Positions 16,154 to 24,798 of a stretch of 64,000 nucleotides of DNA are shown here, in pieces. Under the pieces are notes generated by a model. It ran no database searches and had not been told where the DNA came from. It worked only from the letters and a program-made list of their open reading frames with translations. How positions within the stretch are numbered: the stretch's first letter is position 1; each line of letters opens with the position of its first letter. Location: the NCBI GenBank assembly GCA_029548865.1, contig JAKPMO010000005.1, positions 26,046 through 90,045 of the forward strand. Direction: 5' to 3'. The position numbers were made by a program, and so were the translations under genes. This DNA comes from Caldisericota bacterium (lineage in GTDB: Bacteria > Caldisericota > Caldisericia > JAAYUI01).

Positions 16154-16638
16154 AAAATATTTTTACTCCATGGAGAATGGATTTCATCAAATCCAAGAAA
16201 CCCGAACACTGTGTTTTCTGCAAGGCAGGCACAAACATAGGTGGCGAAGATAAAGATTTCATCGTCTATCGTGGAGAAAAATGTTTTGTAATACTCAATC
16301 GCTACCCCTACGCAACAGGCCACATCATGATCATTCCATACAGGCACTGTCAAAAGTTTGAAGATCTGGGCAATGAAGAGCTTTCAGAAATGATGATCTT
16401 GGCAAAAAAATTTGTTTCAGTTCTAAAACGTGCATTCACCCCCGATGGATTCAACATGGGAATGAATCTTGGTGCTGCCGCAGGCGCTGGTATTGCTGAC
16501 CATATCCACTTGCATATAGTGCCAAGGTGGATCGGGGACACAAATTTCATGCCCATTTTTGCCGAAGTTAAAATCCACCCCACTGATTTGGAAGGGGTTT
16601 ACAAAGCAATCTTGCAAGCCCTTGAAGCTACCGCCTGA
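16150..16638 (+). CDS. HIT-family nucleotide hydrolase/phosphorylase (probable CTG start; first ATG is 16177)
   Basis: Histidine triad HIHLHIVPRW and NRYPYATGHIMIIPYRH. The conserved N-terminal block NIFTPWRMDFI lies in frame upstream of ATG 16177. CTG 16150 overlaps the upstream TGA (CTGA) and has GGAAGG 5 nt upstream. Confidence 0.75.
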   Translation: MKNIFTPWRMDFIKSKKPEHCVFCKAGTNIGGEDKDFIVYRGEKCFVILNRYPYATGHIMIIPYRHCQKFEDLGNEELSEMMILAKKFVSVLKRAFTPDGFNMGMNLGAAAGAGIADHIHLHIVPRWIGDTNFMPIFAEVKIHPTDLEGVYKAILQALEATA

Positions 16639-16903
16639 AACTTATCGCAAGCCCAAACACAACAAGGGCATAACCAGTTATTCTCACAAGAACAAGCGCA
16701 ACGCTCAGAATGCTGTTTTCGACTACTGGATATCCAAAAATATTCTCTCCAAATCTCACGGCGTGAGACAGTGCAAAACATAAAAAGGCAATACTTATAA
16801 TAAGAAAAGCCCTTGCGCCATGTTTTTTATATGCCACTATGCCAAGGGAAACGATCGTGAGGCTGAATATGAGGTTTACTAAGCTCTCAATCCATTGCGG
16901 CAT
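16628..16903 (-). CDS. small 3-TM membrane protein, unknown function
   Basis: 91 aa and hydrophobic. AAAGGAGA lies about 10 nt upstream, inside the end of the DUF4388 gene, so it is co-transcribed with the DUF4388 pair. Confidence 0.6.
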   Translation of the reverse strand: MPQWIESLVNLIFSLTIVSLGIVAYKKHGARAFLIISIAFLCFALSHAVRFGENIFGYPVVENSILSVALVLVRITGYALVVFGLAISFRR

Positions 16904-16909
16904 GAATAT

Positions 16910-17950
16910 TCAATCTCCTTTCCGGCACGGAACACATGAGATGGTGTCACCATCCTTGAGATCAAGTTTGTTTGCGTCTATTTGGGCAATTACGACCTTC
17001 TCGTCAAGGTTTCTCATCTTGATAACACTAAATACAGGTTTGTAATAAATATTTTTGAATTCTACCGAGTCAATTTTTTGTCCCCTTAGTCTCGCATTCC
17101 ACATATCATACAGATATTCATCAACAAAAACCTGGCCATGCCTAGTATTGCCAACGCTTATTACCAGTTCTTTTTGGTGCGCGATTTTCTGGATACCCAG
17201 GGTGTCATAAAATCTGGACATATCAATAACTTTTGAGTATTCGTCGATAACTGAAATTGCATTCTTGAGGCAAAGGATGCACATCATATCAGCAAAATCA
17301 TCAATTGATAGCGACATGGACTCAAATAAGTCAACAAGCCTGGTGCCAATTGTTATTTTTGAAAGTATCTCAGATTCATTTATACCAAGTTTGGTTTTGG
17401 TAACCCTAGGAACCAGGAAGATGTCTTTTTTGATTTCTGCTTTTTTAATGGCTATCATACCCTCGTCAAGCATTTCATTCACAAGTTTTTTGGTTTCTTC
17501 CTCTGAAAATGAGAGTGATGAAACAAGATTCGAATATGTAATCCCACTCCCAATGAGTCCCGTGATCAGCCATTTATCGGGATTGATGGCTATTTGACCG
17601 CCTTCCTTGAGTGGATTTCTTACAAGCACTGTGCTTTGACAAATCCTGTTTTGAAGATTTATATAAACTGACGCGGCCTTTAAAAGGCTTTCAGTGAGAG
17701 TTTTTATGTTGGTTTCAATGGCATAGCCCTGCTCGAAAGTGAACTTAAGTAAGTCTAGCTTTATTATCTCATAGAATGCCTGCTCGGCTATTTTTTCCTG
17801 CCATTTTGCAAAAGTTATTTCTCCAGATCTGACCTGAACAGAACCTGATCCGGAAGCATTTGACACTGTTATTGTTCCAGTCTGGTTTTGTGAGAGAAGG
17901 AATTTAAATAAATCCAGCAAACCAGTGCCATTTATTTCGCCAGATAGCAT
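16910..17950 (-). CDS. DUF4388 (PATAN-like) domain protein, paralogue 1
   Basis: N-terminal GEINGTGLLDLFKFLLSQNQTGTITV..GSVQVRSGEITFAKW..EQAFYEIIKL..FTFEQG is the DUF4388 pattern. The middle has wHTH-like segments (LVNEMLDEGMIAIK). A conserved C-terminal beta domain is shared with 18008..19039. Confidence 0.7.
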   Translation of the reverse strand: MLSGEINGTGLLDLFKFLLSQNQTGTITVSNASGSGSVQVRSGEITFAKWQEKIAEQAFYEIIKLDLLKFTFEQGYAIETNIKTLTESLLKAASVYINLQNRICQSTVLVRNPLKEGGQIAINPDKWLITGLIGSGITYSNLVSSLSFSEEETKKLVNEMLDEGMIAIKKAEIKKDIFLVPRVTKTKLGINESEILSKITIGTRLVDLFESMSLSIDDFADMMCILCLKNAISVIDEYSKVIDMSRFYDTLGIQKIAHQKELVISVGNTRHGQVFVDEYLYDMWNARLRGQKIDSVEFKNIYYKPVFSVIKMRNLDEKVVIAQIDANKLDLKDGDTISCVPCRKGD

Positions 17951-18007
17951 GCCAATAAGGTATCATAACGGAAATTATTGTCAATTTCTCAATATTTTTA
18001 TAATTTT

Positions 18008-19039
18008 TTAATATTTTGGATAAATATTTACGAATGATCCTTCCAGAACATCGAGCAGTTTTTGATCATTTGGTCTGATGAAAAAAGAATCTCTTGGCAT
18101 CTTTCCCTTTTCCACAAGAAAACTGACTTTGCCATTTGGGCAAACTATTTCAACAGAATCAATTTTTTTGCCAAAAAGCTGGCTTTCCCACATCCCAATT
18201 ACAAACTCATCAATAGCCAATGTGTTAGGTCTGACACAAAGTGAGTTGTCTATTCTAAGCTTCAGCAAAATTGGTCTGGCAACTTTTTCAAATCCAAGCG
18301 ATTTATAAATATACCACGGTGGCATTATCTTCCCGTTGTCATCAGACATGACAACCATTTTTTTGAGAACGAGCGAAACAAGTATGTCTGCAATGGATAC
18401 AGTTTGGTTCTCATATTGCGCTAGAAATTCACCCAGTGTCATCCCATGTGCTATTGAATTAAAAACTTGCTTTTCTCTCTCAGACAGGTCTATTGGGCTC
18501 TCTTTTGGAAACAAGAAAAGTGCATCCACCATAAATTTTGGCTTTATGAAAACTAAACCTTCTTCAACCATCGAGGAGAGTGTTTCCTGAAGGCATGGCA
18601 AGGAGAGTTTTGTTGAAATGGCCAACTGGGCAACGCTAAGTGGGGTGAGTAAAGAATTCAAAATGTTTTCTTTTTGGATGGACAATGAAACATTAGGCAA
18701 AACTCTCTCGGTTTTTTGCACAATTGTTCTTGGAAGGAAACGTTCATCAGGAGAAAGTTTGTTTATTTTTGATAAATATTTGAATGGTATGGGTTTTTCG
18801 CAGTGCTGCTTGTTGAGTCTAGTAAAATTGAATCTCAGCGATCCAATTTTTGATAACGCCATGATCGCATCTTTGCCAGTTAGATCGCCAAATTTGGCCA
18901 TGGCAATATTGCCTTTATCCACAACAATATCGCCACTGCATGAATCTGTTTCAAAAATAATGGTCCCCGAATGGCCCTGGTTCAAAAAAAATGCAAGAAG
19001 ATCATACAACTCTCCCCCGACAATCTCGCCTGAGTGCAT
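18008..19039 (-). CDS. DUF4388 (PATAN-like) domain protein, paralogue 2
   Basis: GEIVGGELYDLLAFFLNQGHSGTIIF..GDIVVDKGNIAMAKF..GKDAIMALSKI..FNFTR, with the same architecture as paralogue 1. Confidence 0.7.
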   Translation of the reverse strand: MHSGEIVGGELYDLLAFFLNQGHSGTIIFETDSCSGDIVVDKGNIAMAKFGDLTGKDAIMALSKIGSLRFNFTRLNKQHCEKPIPFKYLSKINKLSPDERFLPRTIVQKTERVLPNVSLSIQKENILNSLLTPLSVAQLAISTKLSLPCLQETLSSMVEEGLVFIKPKFMVDALFLFPKESPIDLSEREKQVFNSIAHGMTLGEFLAQYENQTVSIADILVSLVLKKMVVMSDDNGKIMPPWYIYKSLGFEKVARPILLKLRIDNSLCVRPNTLAIDEFVIGMWESQLFGKKIDSVEIVCPNGKVSFLVEKGKMPRDSFFIRPNDQKLLDVLEGSFVNIYPKY

Positions 19040-19045
19040 GACAAA

Positions 19046-19074
19046 TTTATATCGTGATTAAGCTTGTGTGTAAA
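19046..19074 (-). promoter_or_regulatory. putative promoter TTTACA-17-TATAAA, 6 nt before ATG 19039 (no SD)
   Basis: The minus strand reads TTTACACACAAGCTTAATCACGATATAAA TTTGTC ATG. Confidence 0.45.
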
Positions 19075-19231
19075 TAGAACATTAAGGGCCTCCAACTATC
19101 TATTTGTTGCCATCAAAATCCACCCAAGTTTGCTTGACTTGCGCACGTTCAAGCATAATTTATTGGAGGAGTCGAAGGAGAATAAGATACCTCCCCCGGC
19201 AAAAGCTTAACGGACCCACAAGGAGGACTAA

Positions 19232-20335
19232 ATGAAAGCTGTTCAGAAAACTGAACCAAAAATAGGAGCTAAACTTGTTGAGGTGCCAACCCCAACCAAT
19301 CTCAAACCAGGATGGACCCTCGTCAAAGTTAGGGCAACATCCATTTGTGGAACAGATATCCATATCTGGAACTGGGACCAATGGTCACAGGGGAGAATAG
19401 GCGAAAAAGCTCTGCCACAGATACTCGGACATGAATTCTGCGGAGAGGTGGTCGAGTTGGGACCAAACTGCAACAGGATAAAAGTTGGCGATTACGTATC
19501 AGCAGAAACACATATATATGATCCAGGAGACCTTACCTCAATGCTCGGGATCTTCCACGTTGGTAACAACATGAAGATTTTGGGTGTTGATACTGACGGT
19601 TGTTTTGCAGATTATGTTGCAATCCCAGAAATAGTTCTCTGGAAAAACGATAAAACCATGCCACCAGAATACGCATCTATTCAGGAACCCCTTGGCAATG
19701 CCTGCTATGCTGTAATGGGCGAGGACAATGACGTTTATGGCAAAACAATGCTCATAACTGGGGATGGCCCAATATCGCTATTCGCAATCGGCGTCGCAAA
19801 AGCTGCCGGTGCGTCAAAAATTATCCAGTTTGGGATGGCACAATACAGCATGGAGATTGGGCGCAAGATGGGCGTCGATATACAGATCGATGTCACAAAA
19901 ACCACCCCTGATGAAAGATACAAGATAGTTATGGATAACACCGGAGGATGGGGTTGCGACATTGTTTGCGAGATGATAGGCGCCCAGAGCTCTCTTGATG
20001 ACGCTTTCCGCTGCATCAGAAAAGGCGGAAGGTTCTCGGCATTCGGCATACCTTCAAAATCACCATCACAGATAGACTACACCGATCAGATCGTCTTTAA
20101 GGGCATCCAGATACATGGCATCTCCGGAAGAAAGATTTTTGACACCTGGTACCGCAATGGAAACATGCTGGCAAACCGCAAGCTTGACCCAACACCGGTT
20201 GTGACCCATCTAATGGCACTTGAGGATTATCAAAAAGCGTTTGAAATGCTTACAGCACCAACAAGGCAGTGTGCAAAAATTGTCATGTTCCCCGACAAAC
20301 AGGAATTGAATGCGGCCCTGGCCCGCAGAAAATAA
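19232..20335 (+). CDS. tdh: L-threonine 3-dehydrogenase (Zn-dependent)
   Basis: [33 protein letters not shown] closely follows the Tdh N-terminal pattern. It is followed by kbl. AAGGAGGA SD. Confidence 0.88.
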   Translation: MKAVQKTEPKIGAKLVEVPTPTNLKPGWTLVKVRATSICGTDIHIWNWDQWSQGRIGEKALPQILGHEFCGEVVELGPNCNRIKVGDYVSAETHIYDPGDLTSMLGIFHVGNNMKILGVDTDGCFADYVAIPEIVLWKNDKTMPPEYASIQEPLGNACYAVMGEDNDVYGKTMLITGDGPISLFAIGVAKAAGASKIIQFGMAQYSMEIGRKMGVDIQIDVTKTTPDERYKIVMDNTGGWGCDIVCEMIGAQSSLDDAFRCIRKGGRFSAFGIPSKSPSQIDYTDQIVFKGIQIHGISGRKIFDTWYRNGNMLANRKLDPTPVVTHLMALEDYQKAFEMLTAPTRQCAKIVMFPDKQELNAALARRK

Positions 20336-20346
20336 GGAGGAAACAA

Positions 20347-21597
20347 ATGGCATACGGAAAGATAAAAGATTTTTTGACAAACGAGCTCAAGGGGATAAGG
20401 GATGCCGGGTTATATAAAGAAGAGCGCATCATAGTGACTCCCCAGGCCGCAGACATCAAGGTCCAGTTTCCAGAGAACGCACCAGTCAAAGAAGCACTCA
20501 ATTTCTGCGCAAACAACTACCTTGGACTCTCCTCGCATCCAGATGTTCTAAAAGCAGCAAAAGAAGGCCTGGAAATGAGAGGCTATGGCCTTTCCTCGGT
20601 ACGCTTCATCTGCGGAACACAGGACATCCACAAGAAACTGGAGAGGAAACTCTCGGAATTTCTTGGAGTCGAAGATTCGATACTCTATTCATCATGTTTT
20701 GATGCAAATGGTGGTCTCTTTGAGGCTATCATGAAAGAAGACGACGCCATTATCACAGAGGAACTCAACCATGCTTCGATAATTGATGGCGTCAGGCTCT
20801 CAAAGGCAAAAAGGTACGTCTTCAAACACTCCGACATGAATGACCTCGAGGCAAAATGCAAGGAGGCCAGGGGCGCTGGTGCAAGACACATGATAATTGC
20901 CACCGATGGCGTCTTCTCCATGGATGGCGATATTGCCAACCTGAAGGGTATCTGTGATGTTGCAGACAAATATGATGCCCTCGTCATGGTTGATGATTCC
21001 CATGCAACCGGCTTCATTGGAAAAACAGGCAGGGGGACCCATGAGCACAATGGCGTTATGGGAAGGATTGATGTAATAACAACCACCCTCGGCAAAGCGC
21101 TTGGTGGTGCATCCGGTGGAGCAACCTGTGGAAGAAAGGAAATTATTGAAATCCTCCGCCAGAGATCAAGACCATACCTGTTCTCAAACACCATTCCACC
21201 AGTCGTTGCCAGCGCAGCCCTCAGGGTCATGGACATACTCTCGTCGACAACCGAGCGCAGGGACAAGCTCGAAAGAAATACCATGTATTTCAGGGAAAAA
21301 ATGACATCTGCCGGTTTTGACATAAAACCAGGTGTTCACCCAATTGTTCCAATCATGCTCTACAATGCAAAGCTCAGCCAGGACATGGCAAAAGACCTCT
21401 ATGAAAAGGGTATATACGTCATAGGGTTCTACTACCCTGTCGTGGCCAAGGGACAGGCAAGAATAAGGGTCCAGATTTCAGCAGGACACGAAATGGGGCA
21501 CCTTGACAAGGCGATAAAGGCCTTCACAGAGGTTGGAGAAAAATACGGCATCCTCCACAAAAACAAAGACCAGATAATCGAAAAATACGGGTTGTAA
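20347..21597 (+). CDS. kbl: 2-amino-3-ketobutyrate CoA ligase (glycine C-acetyltransferase)
   Basis: Start ATG 20347 after AAGGAGG; the track form from 20269 overlaps tdh. The sequence is alpha-oxoamine synthase-like, with DDSHATGF and the PLP Lys in [10 protein letters not shown]. Confidence 0.9.
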   Translation: MAYGKIKDFLTNELKGIRDAGLYKEERIIVTPQAADIKVQFPENAPVKEALNFCANNYLGLSSHPDVLKAAKEGLEMRGYGLSSVRFICGTQDIHKKLERKLSEFLGVEDSILYSSCFDANGGLFEAIMKEDDAIITEELNHASIIDGVRLSKAKRYVFKHSDMNDLEAKCKEARGAGARHMIIATDGVFSMDGDIANLKGICDVADKYDALVMVDDSHATGFIGKTGRGTHEHNGVMGRIDVITTTLGKALGGASGGATCGRKEIIEILRQRSRPYLFSNTIPPVVASAALRVMDILSSTTERRDKLERNTMYFREKMTSAGFDIKPGVHPIVPIMLYNAKLSQDMAKDLYEKGIYVIGFYYPVVAKGQARIRVQISAGHEMGHLDKAIKAFTEVGEKYGILHKNKDQIIEKYGL

Positions 21598-21613
21598 TCG
21601 GCATAATCCCCAC

Positions 21614-21648
21614 AAAAAAAAGGCCACCCTCATGGTGGCCTTTTTTTT
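21614..21648. terminator. rho-independent terminator after kbl
   Basis: AAAAAAAA GGCCACC-CTCAT-GGTGGCC TTTTTTTT. Confidence 0.75.
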
Positions 21649-21711
21649 GGTTTCAACATCATGTTTTTTGTTATTTGATCACAACTTTTTCAGCAGCTCT
21701 CTTTTTGTTTT

Positions 21712-22500
21712 TTACTTGCTTGTTTTGTTGCTCCATTCCATGTGTATTTTTCTGGATAACTCATCTGCAGAAATTTTGCCATCAGCCAAACTCGAAATAT
21801 TTTTGAAATCTGTTTTTATAAAAAATTTTCTCGTTCCACCATCAATGCTTGCCTCAATACCAGACAAAAAACATCTCGTGCTTTTCGAGGCAGCCAGAAG
21901 CGCGCAACAATACCTGGAAAACTGTTTTTGCCAGTCCTGGCCCTTTATATCAAATTTGGCATTGTTGTTCTCATCAATTGCCAACCCCGAAAACCCCAGT
22001 GCCGCGCAAAAAGCAATCATGTCCTGCTTTTTATTGGAGATACCAGGAACATTCAAAGGGTTTGGAGACAAATTGTATATCTTGTTCCAGAAAGACCTGG
22101 AGCTCACTGTTCCCGAAAAAATCCCTTCCACAAGCTCTTTCGAAAAAACCTTTACCTCGCTAAAATCACCCGACTCCAAAATAAATCTCACGTTGGAGTA
22201 ATTAAAGCCAGCCTTTGTGACGCACTGAAAAACATCCCTGGCTTTTGACAAGGAAAGAAGGGCCGCCTCTTCCTCCGTTGCAGGATTGCACTTGAAATAC
22301 ACATCGATGGTATCTTCACTGGATTTGTTCTGGGCTATTCTGCAATCTGGAAGCATTTTCGCAAGCCCTGATAAATCAACCATTTTGTTGCCAAGATACA
22401 GCGGCGATTTCCCTAATATTATCCCAATTGTGAAAAAAAATGCTATCCCAAGAAGAATTGACGAGAAAACAAAAATATTCTTTTTGGTTACTACCCCCAC
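21712..22500 (-). CDS. membrane-anchored hypothetical protein
   Basis: 262 aa, GTG start with a GGAGGGAGG SD and an N-terminal TM (IFVFSSILLGIAFFFTIGIILG). No motif recognised. Confidence 0.6.
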   Translation of the reverse strand: MGVVTKKNIFVFSSILLGIAFFFTIGIILGKSPLYLGNKMVDLSGLAKMLPDCRIAQNKSSEDTIDVYFKCNPATEEEAALLSLSKARDVFQCVTKAGFNYSNVRFILESGDFSEVKVFSKELVEGIFSGTVSSRSFWNKIYNLSPNPLNVPGISNKKQDMIAFCAALGFSGLAIDENNNAKFDIKGQDWQKQFSRYCCALLAASKSTRCFLSGIEASIDGGTRKFFIKTDFKNISSLADGKISADELSRKIHMEWSNKTSK

Positions 22501-22616
22501 TTGTACCTCCCTCCAGAACCTGCGGCTCTTTTTTGCCTTGTCTTTGTTTTACCTTTATTGTGGATTTCACAATTGGTTATAGTATAGGTTATACAAAATT
22601 TCTAGGAGGTAGGAAA

Positions 22617-23600
22617 ATGAAGAAATTGGCAGGAATTCTCGCGATTGTTCTTCTTGCAGGGACAATGCTCTCAGCAATACCGACTTCCGCCGCCCCGTCA
22701 CTGTACGGAGACCTCGGCAGGACATTCTTTTTTAAGCCAACAGCAAAATTTAAACCAAGCAACGATGTCAAAGCTGACAACCATGTCTGGTTCCATTTTA
22801 CAAACACCGACACCAGAGACCACAAGTTTATTGGCGTCATAACCAACCTTGGACCATCAGATGAGAACAACGATTGGGAAATAGTCCAGTACTGTTTCTC
22901 TGATGCTTGCTATCAACCATTGGTCGAGGGCAGGACAAACAGGGAACTCAAACCAGGCGAAAAAGAGGACATGTCAGCCCAGTTTGCTCCGCACGACAAA
23001 AAATCCAGGGGCAAATTCGGCATGATGGGAACCGCAAGGGTTGACATCTGGGCAACAGACAACAAAGATCTTCGCGACAAGATGTACATCGGCGAAGTAT
23101 TCATCCCGTTCACCAGAGCCTCGATGATCATCAACAACAAGACAATGAAGCTTGAGAAATGCCTTGAGTGGGACCCAGCCAACAAAGACAGGACCAAGAG
23201 GTATCCGCTCACAGTGACCGATGAAACACTTACTGTTCCACCAGTTCTTCTTGGTGGCTCAACATTCCTCCCGTTCCGTTCAATGGGCGAAAAGCTCCTC
23301 GGTGCAAAGGTCGACTGGGACGCAAAGAACAAGGTTGCAATGTATACCATCGGCGATGACAAGGGATACTTCAAGATGATGCTTCCAATCAACAAGAAAG
23401 AAGCCACCCTCATCCTCAAGTGCGGCGACGGCACCACCCTCACCGACAAAGTCGCCCTCAAGGTTGCCCCAACAATTTACCAAGGCAGCACCGTTGTCCC
23501 GCTCAGGGGCGTAGTTGAGCTCTTTGGTGGATATGTTGAGTGGACCCAGGCTGAAAAAAAGGCCACAATCATTCTCCCGCCACCGGAAAAAGAAGAATAA
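22617..23600 (+). CDS. secreted protein with C-terminal copper-amine-oxidase-N-terminal-like (stalk) repeats
   Basis: ATG 22617 after AGGAGG. Signal peptide MKKLAGILAIVLLAGTMLSAIPTSAAP. C-terminal blocks ..GGSTFLPFRSMGEKLLGAKVDWDAKNKVAMY and ..QGSTVVPLRGVVELFGGYVEWTQAEKKATI. Confidence 0.7.
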   Translation: MKKLAGILAIVLLAGTMLSAIPTSAAPSLYGDLGRTFFFKPTAKFKPSNDVKADNHVWFHFTNTDTRDHKFIGVITNLGPSDENNDWEIVQYCFSDACYQPLVEGRTNRELKPGEKEDMSAQFAPHDKKSRGKFGMMGTARVDIWATDNKDLRDKMYIGEVFIPFTRASMIINNKTMKLEKCLEWDPANKDRTKRYPLTVTDETLTVPPVLLGGSTFLPFRSMGEKLLGAKVDWDAKNKVAMYTIGDDKGYFKMMLPINKKEATLILKCGDGTTLTDKVALKVAPTIYQGSTVVPLRGVVELFGGYVEWTQAEKKATIILPPPEKEE

Positions 23601-23632
23601 TATAACTCTTCAAAACTACCATCATCGTATAT

Positions 23633-23663
23633 AAAAAGCCGGCCCTTTGGGGCCGGCTTTTTT
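23633..23663. terminator. rho-independent terminator (bidirectional context)
   Basis: AAAAA GCCGGCCC-TTTG-GGGCCGGC TTTTTT, between convergent genes. Confidence 0.75.
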
Positions 23664-23686
23664 GTTGTTGTACTCAGAAATTTCAG

Positions 23687-24322
23687 CTACTTCCTGAAAG
23701 GAAAAACAGGGCATCCCTCACACAATGGTTTTGTCCTGCAATGCTCCTTCCCAAGTCTTACGATTAATGCGTGATATTCATTAAACAGTTTTGGGTTTCT
23801 CTCAAGCCCTAATTCAAAAATGGCCCTCAAATCGTCATAGTCCTGGTCAGGGTCAATACCAATGCAGCTTGCAAGCCTTCTCGTGTAGGCGTCAACAACA
23901 AAAATGGGGTGGCCACCAGCGTAAAGAAGGATCGAGTCCGCAGTCTCCCTGCCTATGCCCTTGAGTGACAGCAATTCGCTCCTGACCTTGAGCGTCTCGC
24001 CATCCAGCATCTTTTCTATTTTGCCGTAGCGGTTCTTTACATAAAGCGCAAAATCAATCAATCTGGCAGTTTTCTGATTATAAAACCCAACGGGTCTGAC
24101 AAGCTCTTTTATGATCTCTGCATCGACGCCGACCATCTCATCGATATCAAGAAGATTACTTTCTTTCAAGGCAGAAATTGCCTTCTCCACATTTTTCCAG
24201 GCCACCTGTTGTGTGAGTATTGCACCAACGGCAATCTCCCACGGTGAATCCCCCGGCCACCAGTGCTGCGGGCCAAATCTGTTAAAAAGGGCCTGATAAA
24301 CAGGCCCAAGTTTTTCATTCAT
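23687..24322 (-). CDS. endonuclease III-related HhH-GPD family protein
   Basis: Start MNEKLGPVY at 24322; the longer track form overlaps the VOC gene. HhH LSLKGIGRETADSILLYA, Asp in VVDAYTRR, and a C-terminal CRTKPLCEGCP cluster loop. Confidence 0.75.
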   Translation of the reverse strand: MNEKLGPVYQALFNRFGPQHWWPGDSPWEIAVGAILTQQVAWKNVEKAISALKESNLLDIDEMVGVDAEIIKELVRPVGFYNQKTARLIDFALYVKNRYGKIEKMLDGETLKVRSELLSLKGIGRETADSILLYAGGHPIFVVDAYTRRLASCIGIDPDQDYDDLRAIFELGLERNPKLFNEYHALIVRLGKEHCRTKPLCEGCPVFPFRK

Positions 24323-24338
24323 AATATCTGGTTTTTGT

Positions 24339-24704
24339 CTAAGGTTGCCTTGGCAAGCTCTCGAAAAGATTGATGGTGTTGCCATCAAAATCTTTCAGGA
24401 CAGCAAAAAATCCCACGCCGGTGATTGGCATCCTGCCTTCCACAATTTCCCAGCCAATCTCCTTCATCTTCGGCAATTCTGCATTGATGTCACCAACAAG
24501 GATGTAGATGAACATGTTCTGGTTTGGCATTGGTTTTTGCGATTTCATGATTCCCCCGCCAACACCCTGCTCGTTTGGCGGCATGAAAAGCATGTAGTCT
24601 CCACCCCATTCAGTAAACTTCCAGTTGAATGGTGCATAGAACTTCTTGAATTTTTCAAAATCGGTCGTGTAAAACTCCAGATGTACTATATCTCCGGCTG
24701 GCAT
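24339..24704 (-). CDS. VOC/glyoxalase-family protein
   Basis: Start MPAGDIVHLEFYT at 24704 with an AAAAGGAGG SD. About 121 aa of beta-alpha-beta-beta-beta pattern. Ends ..GNTINLFE. Confidence 0.6.
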   Translation of the reverse strand: MPAGDIVHLEFYTTDFEKFKKFYAPFNWKFTEWGGDYMLFMPPNEQGVGGGIMKSQKPMPNQNMFIYILVGDINAELPKMKEIGWEIVEGRMPITGVGFFAVLKDFDGNTINLFESLPRQP

Positions 24705-24764
24705 TAGATACCTCCTTTTCAAATTTAGAAAATAGTGATTTTCAAAACTGAAACTGATTCTAAT

Positions 24765-24790
24765 AAAAAAGGGTGCCCCTAGGGGCACCC
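24765..24790 (-). terminator. rho-independent terminator after the ALDH gene
   Basis: The minus strand reads GGGTGCCCC-TA-GGGGCACCC TTTTTT. Confidence 0.75.
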
Positions 24791-24798
24791 TCATATTT

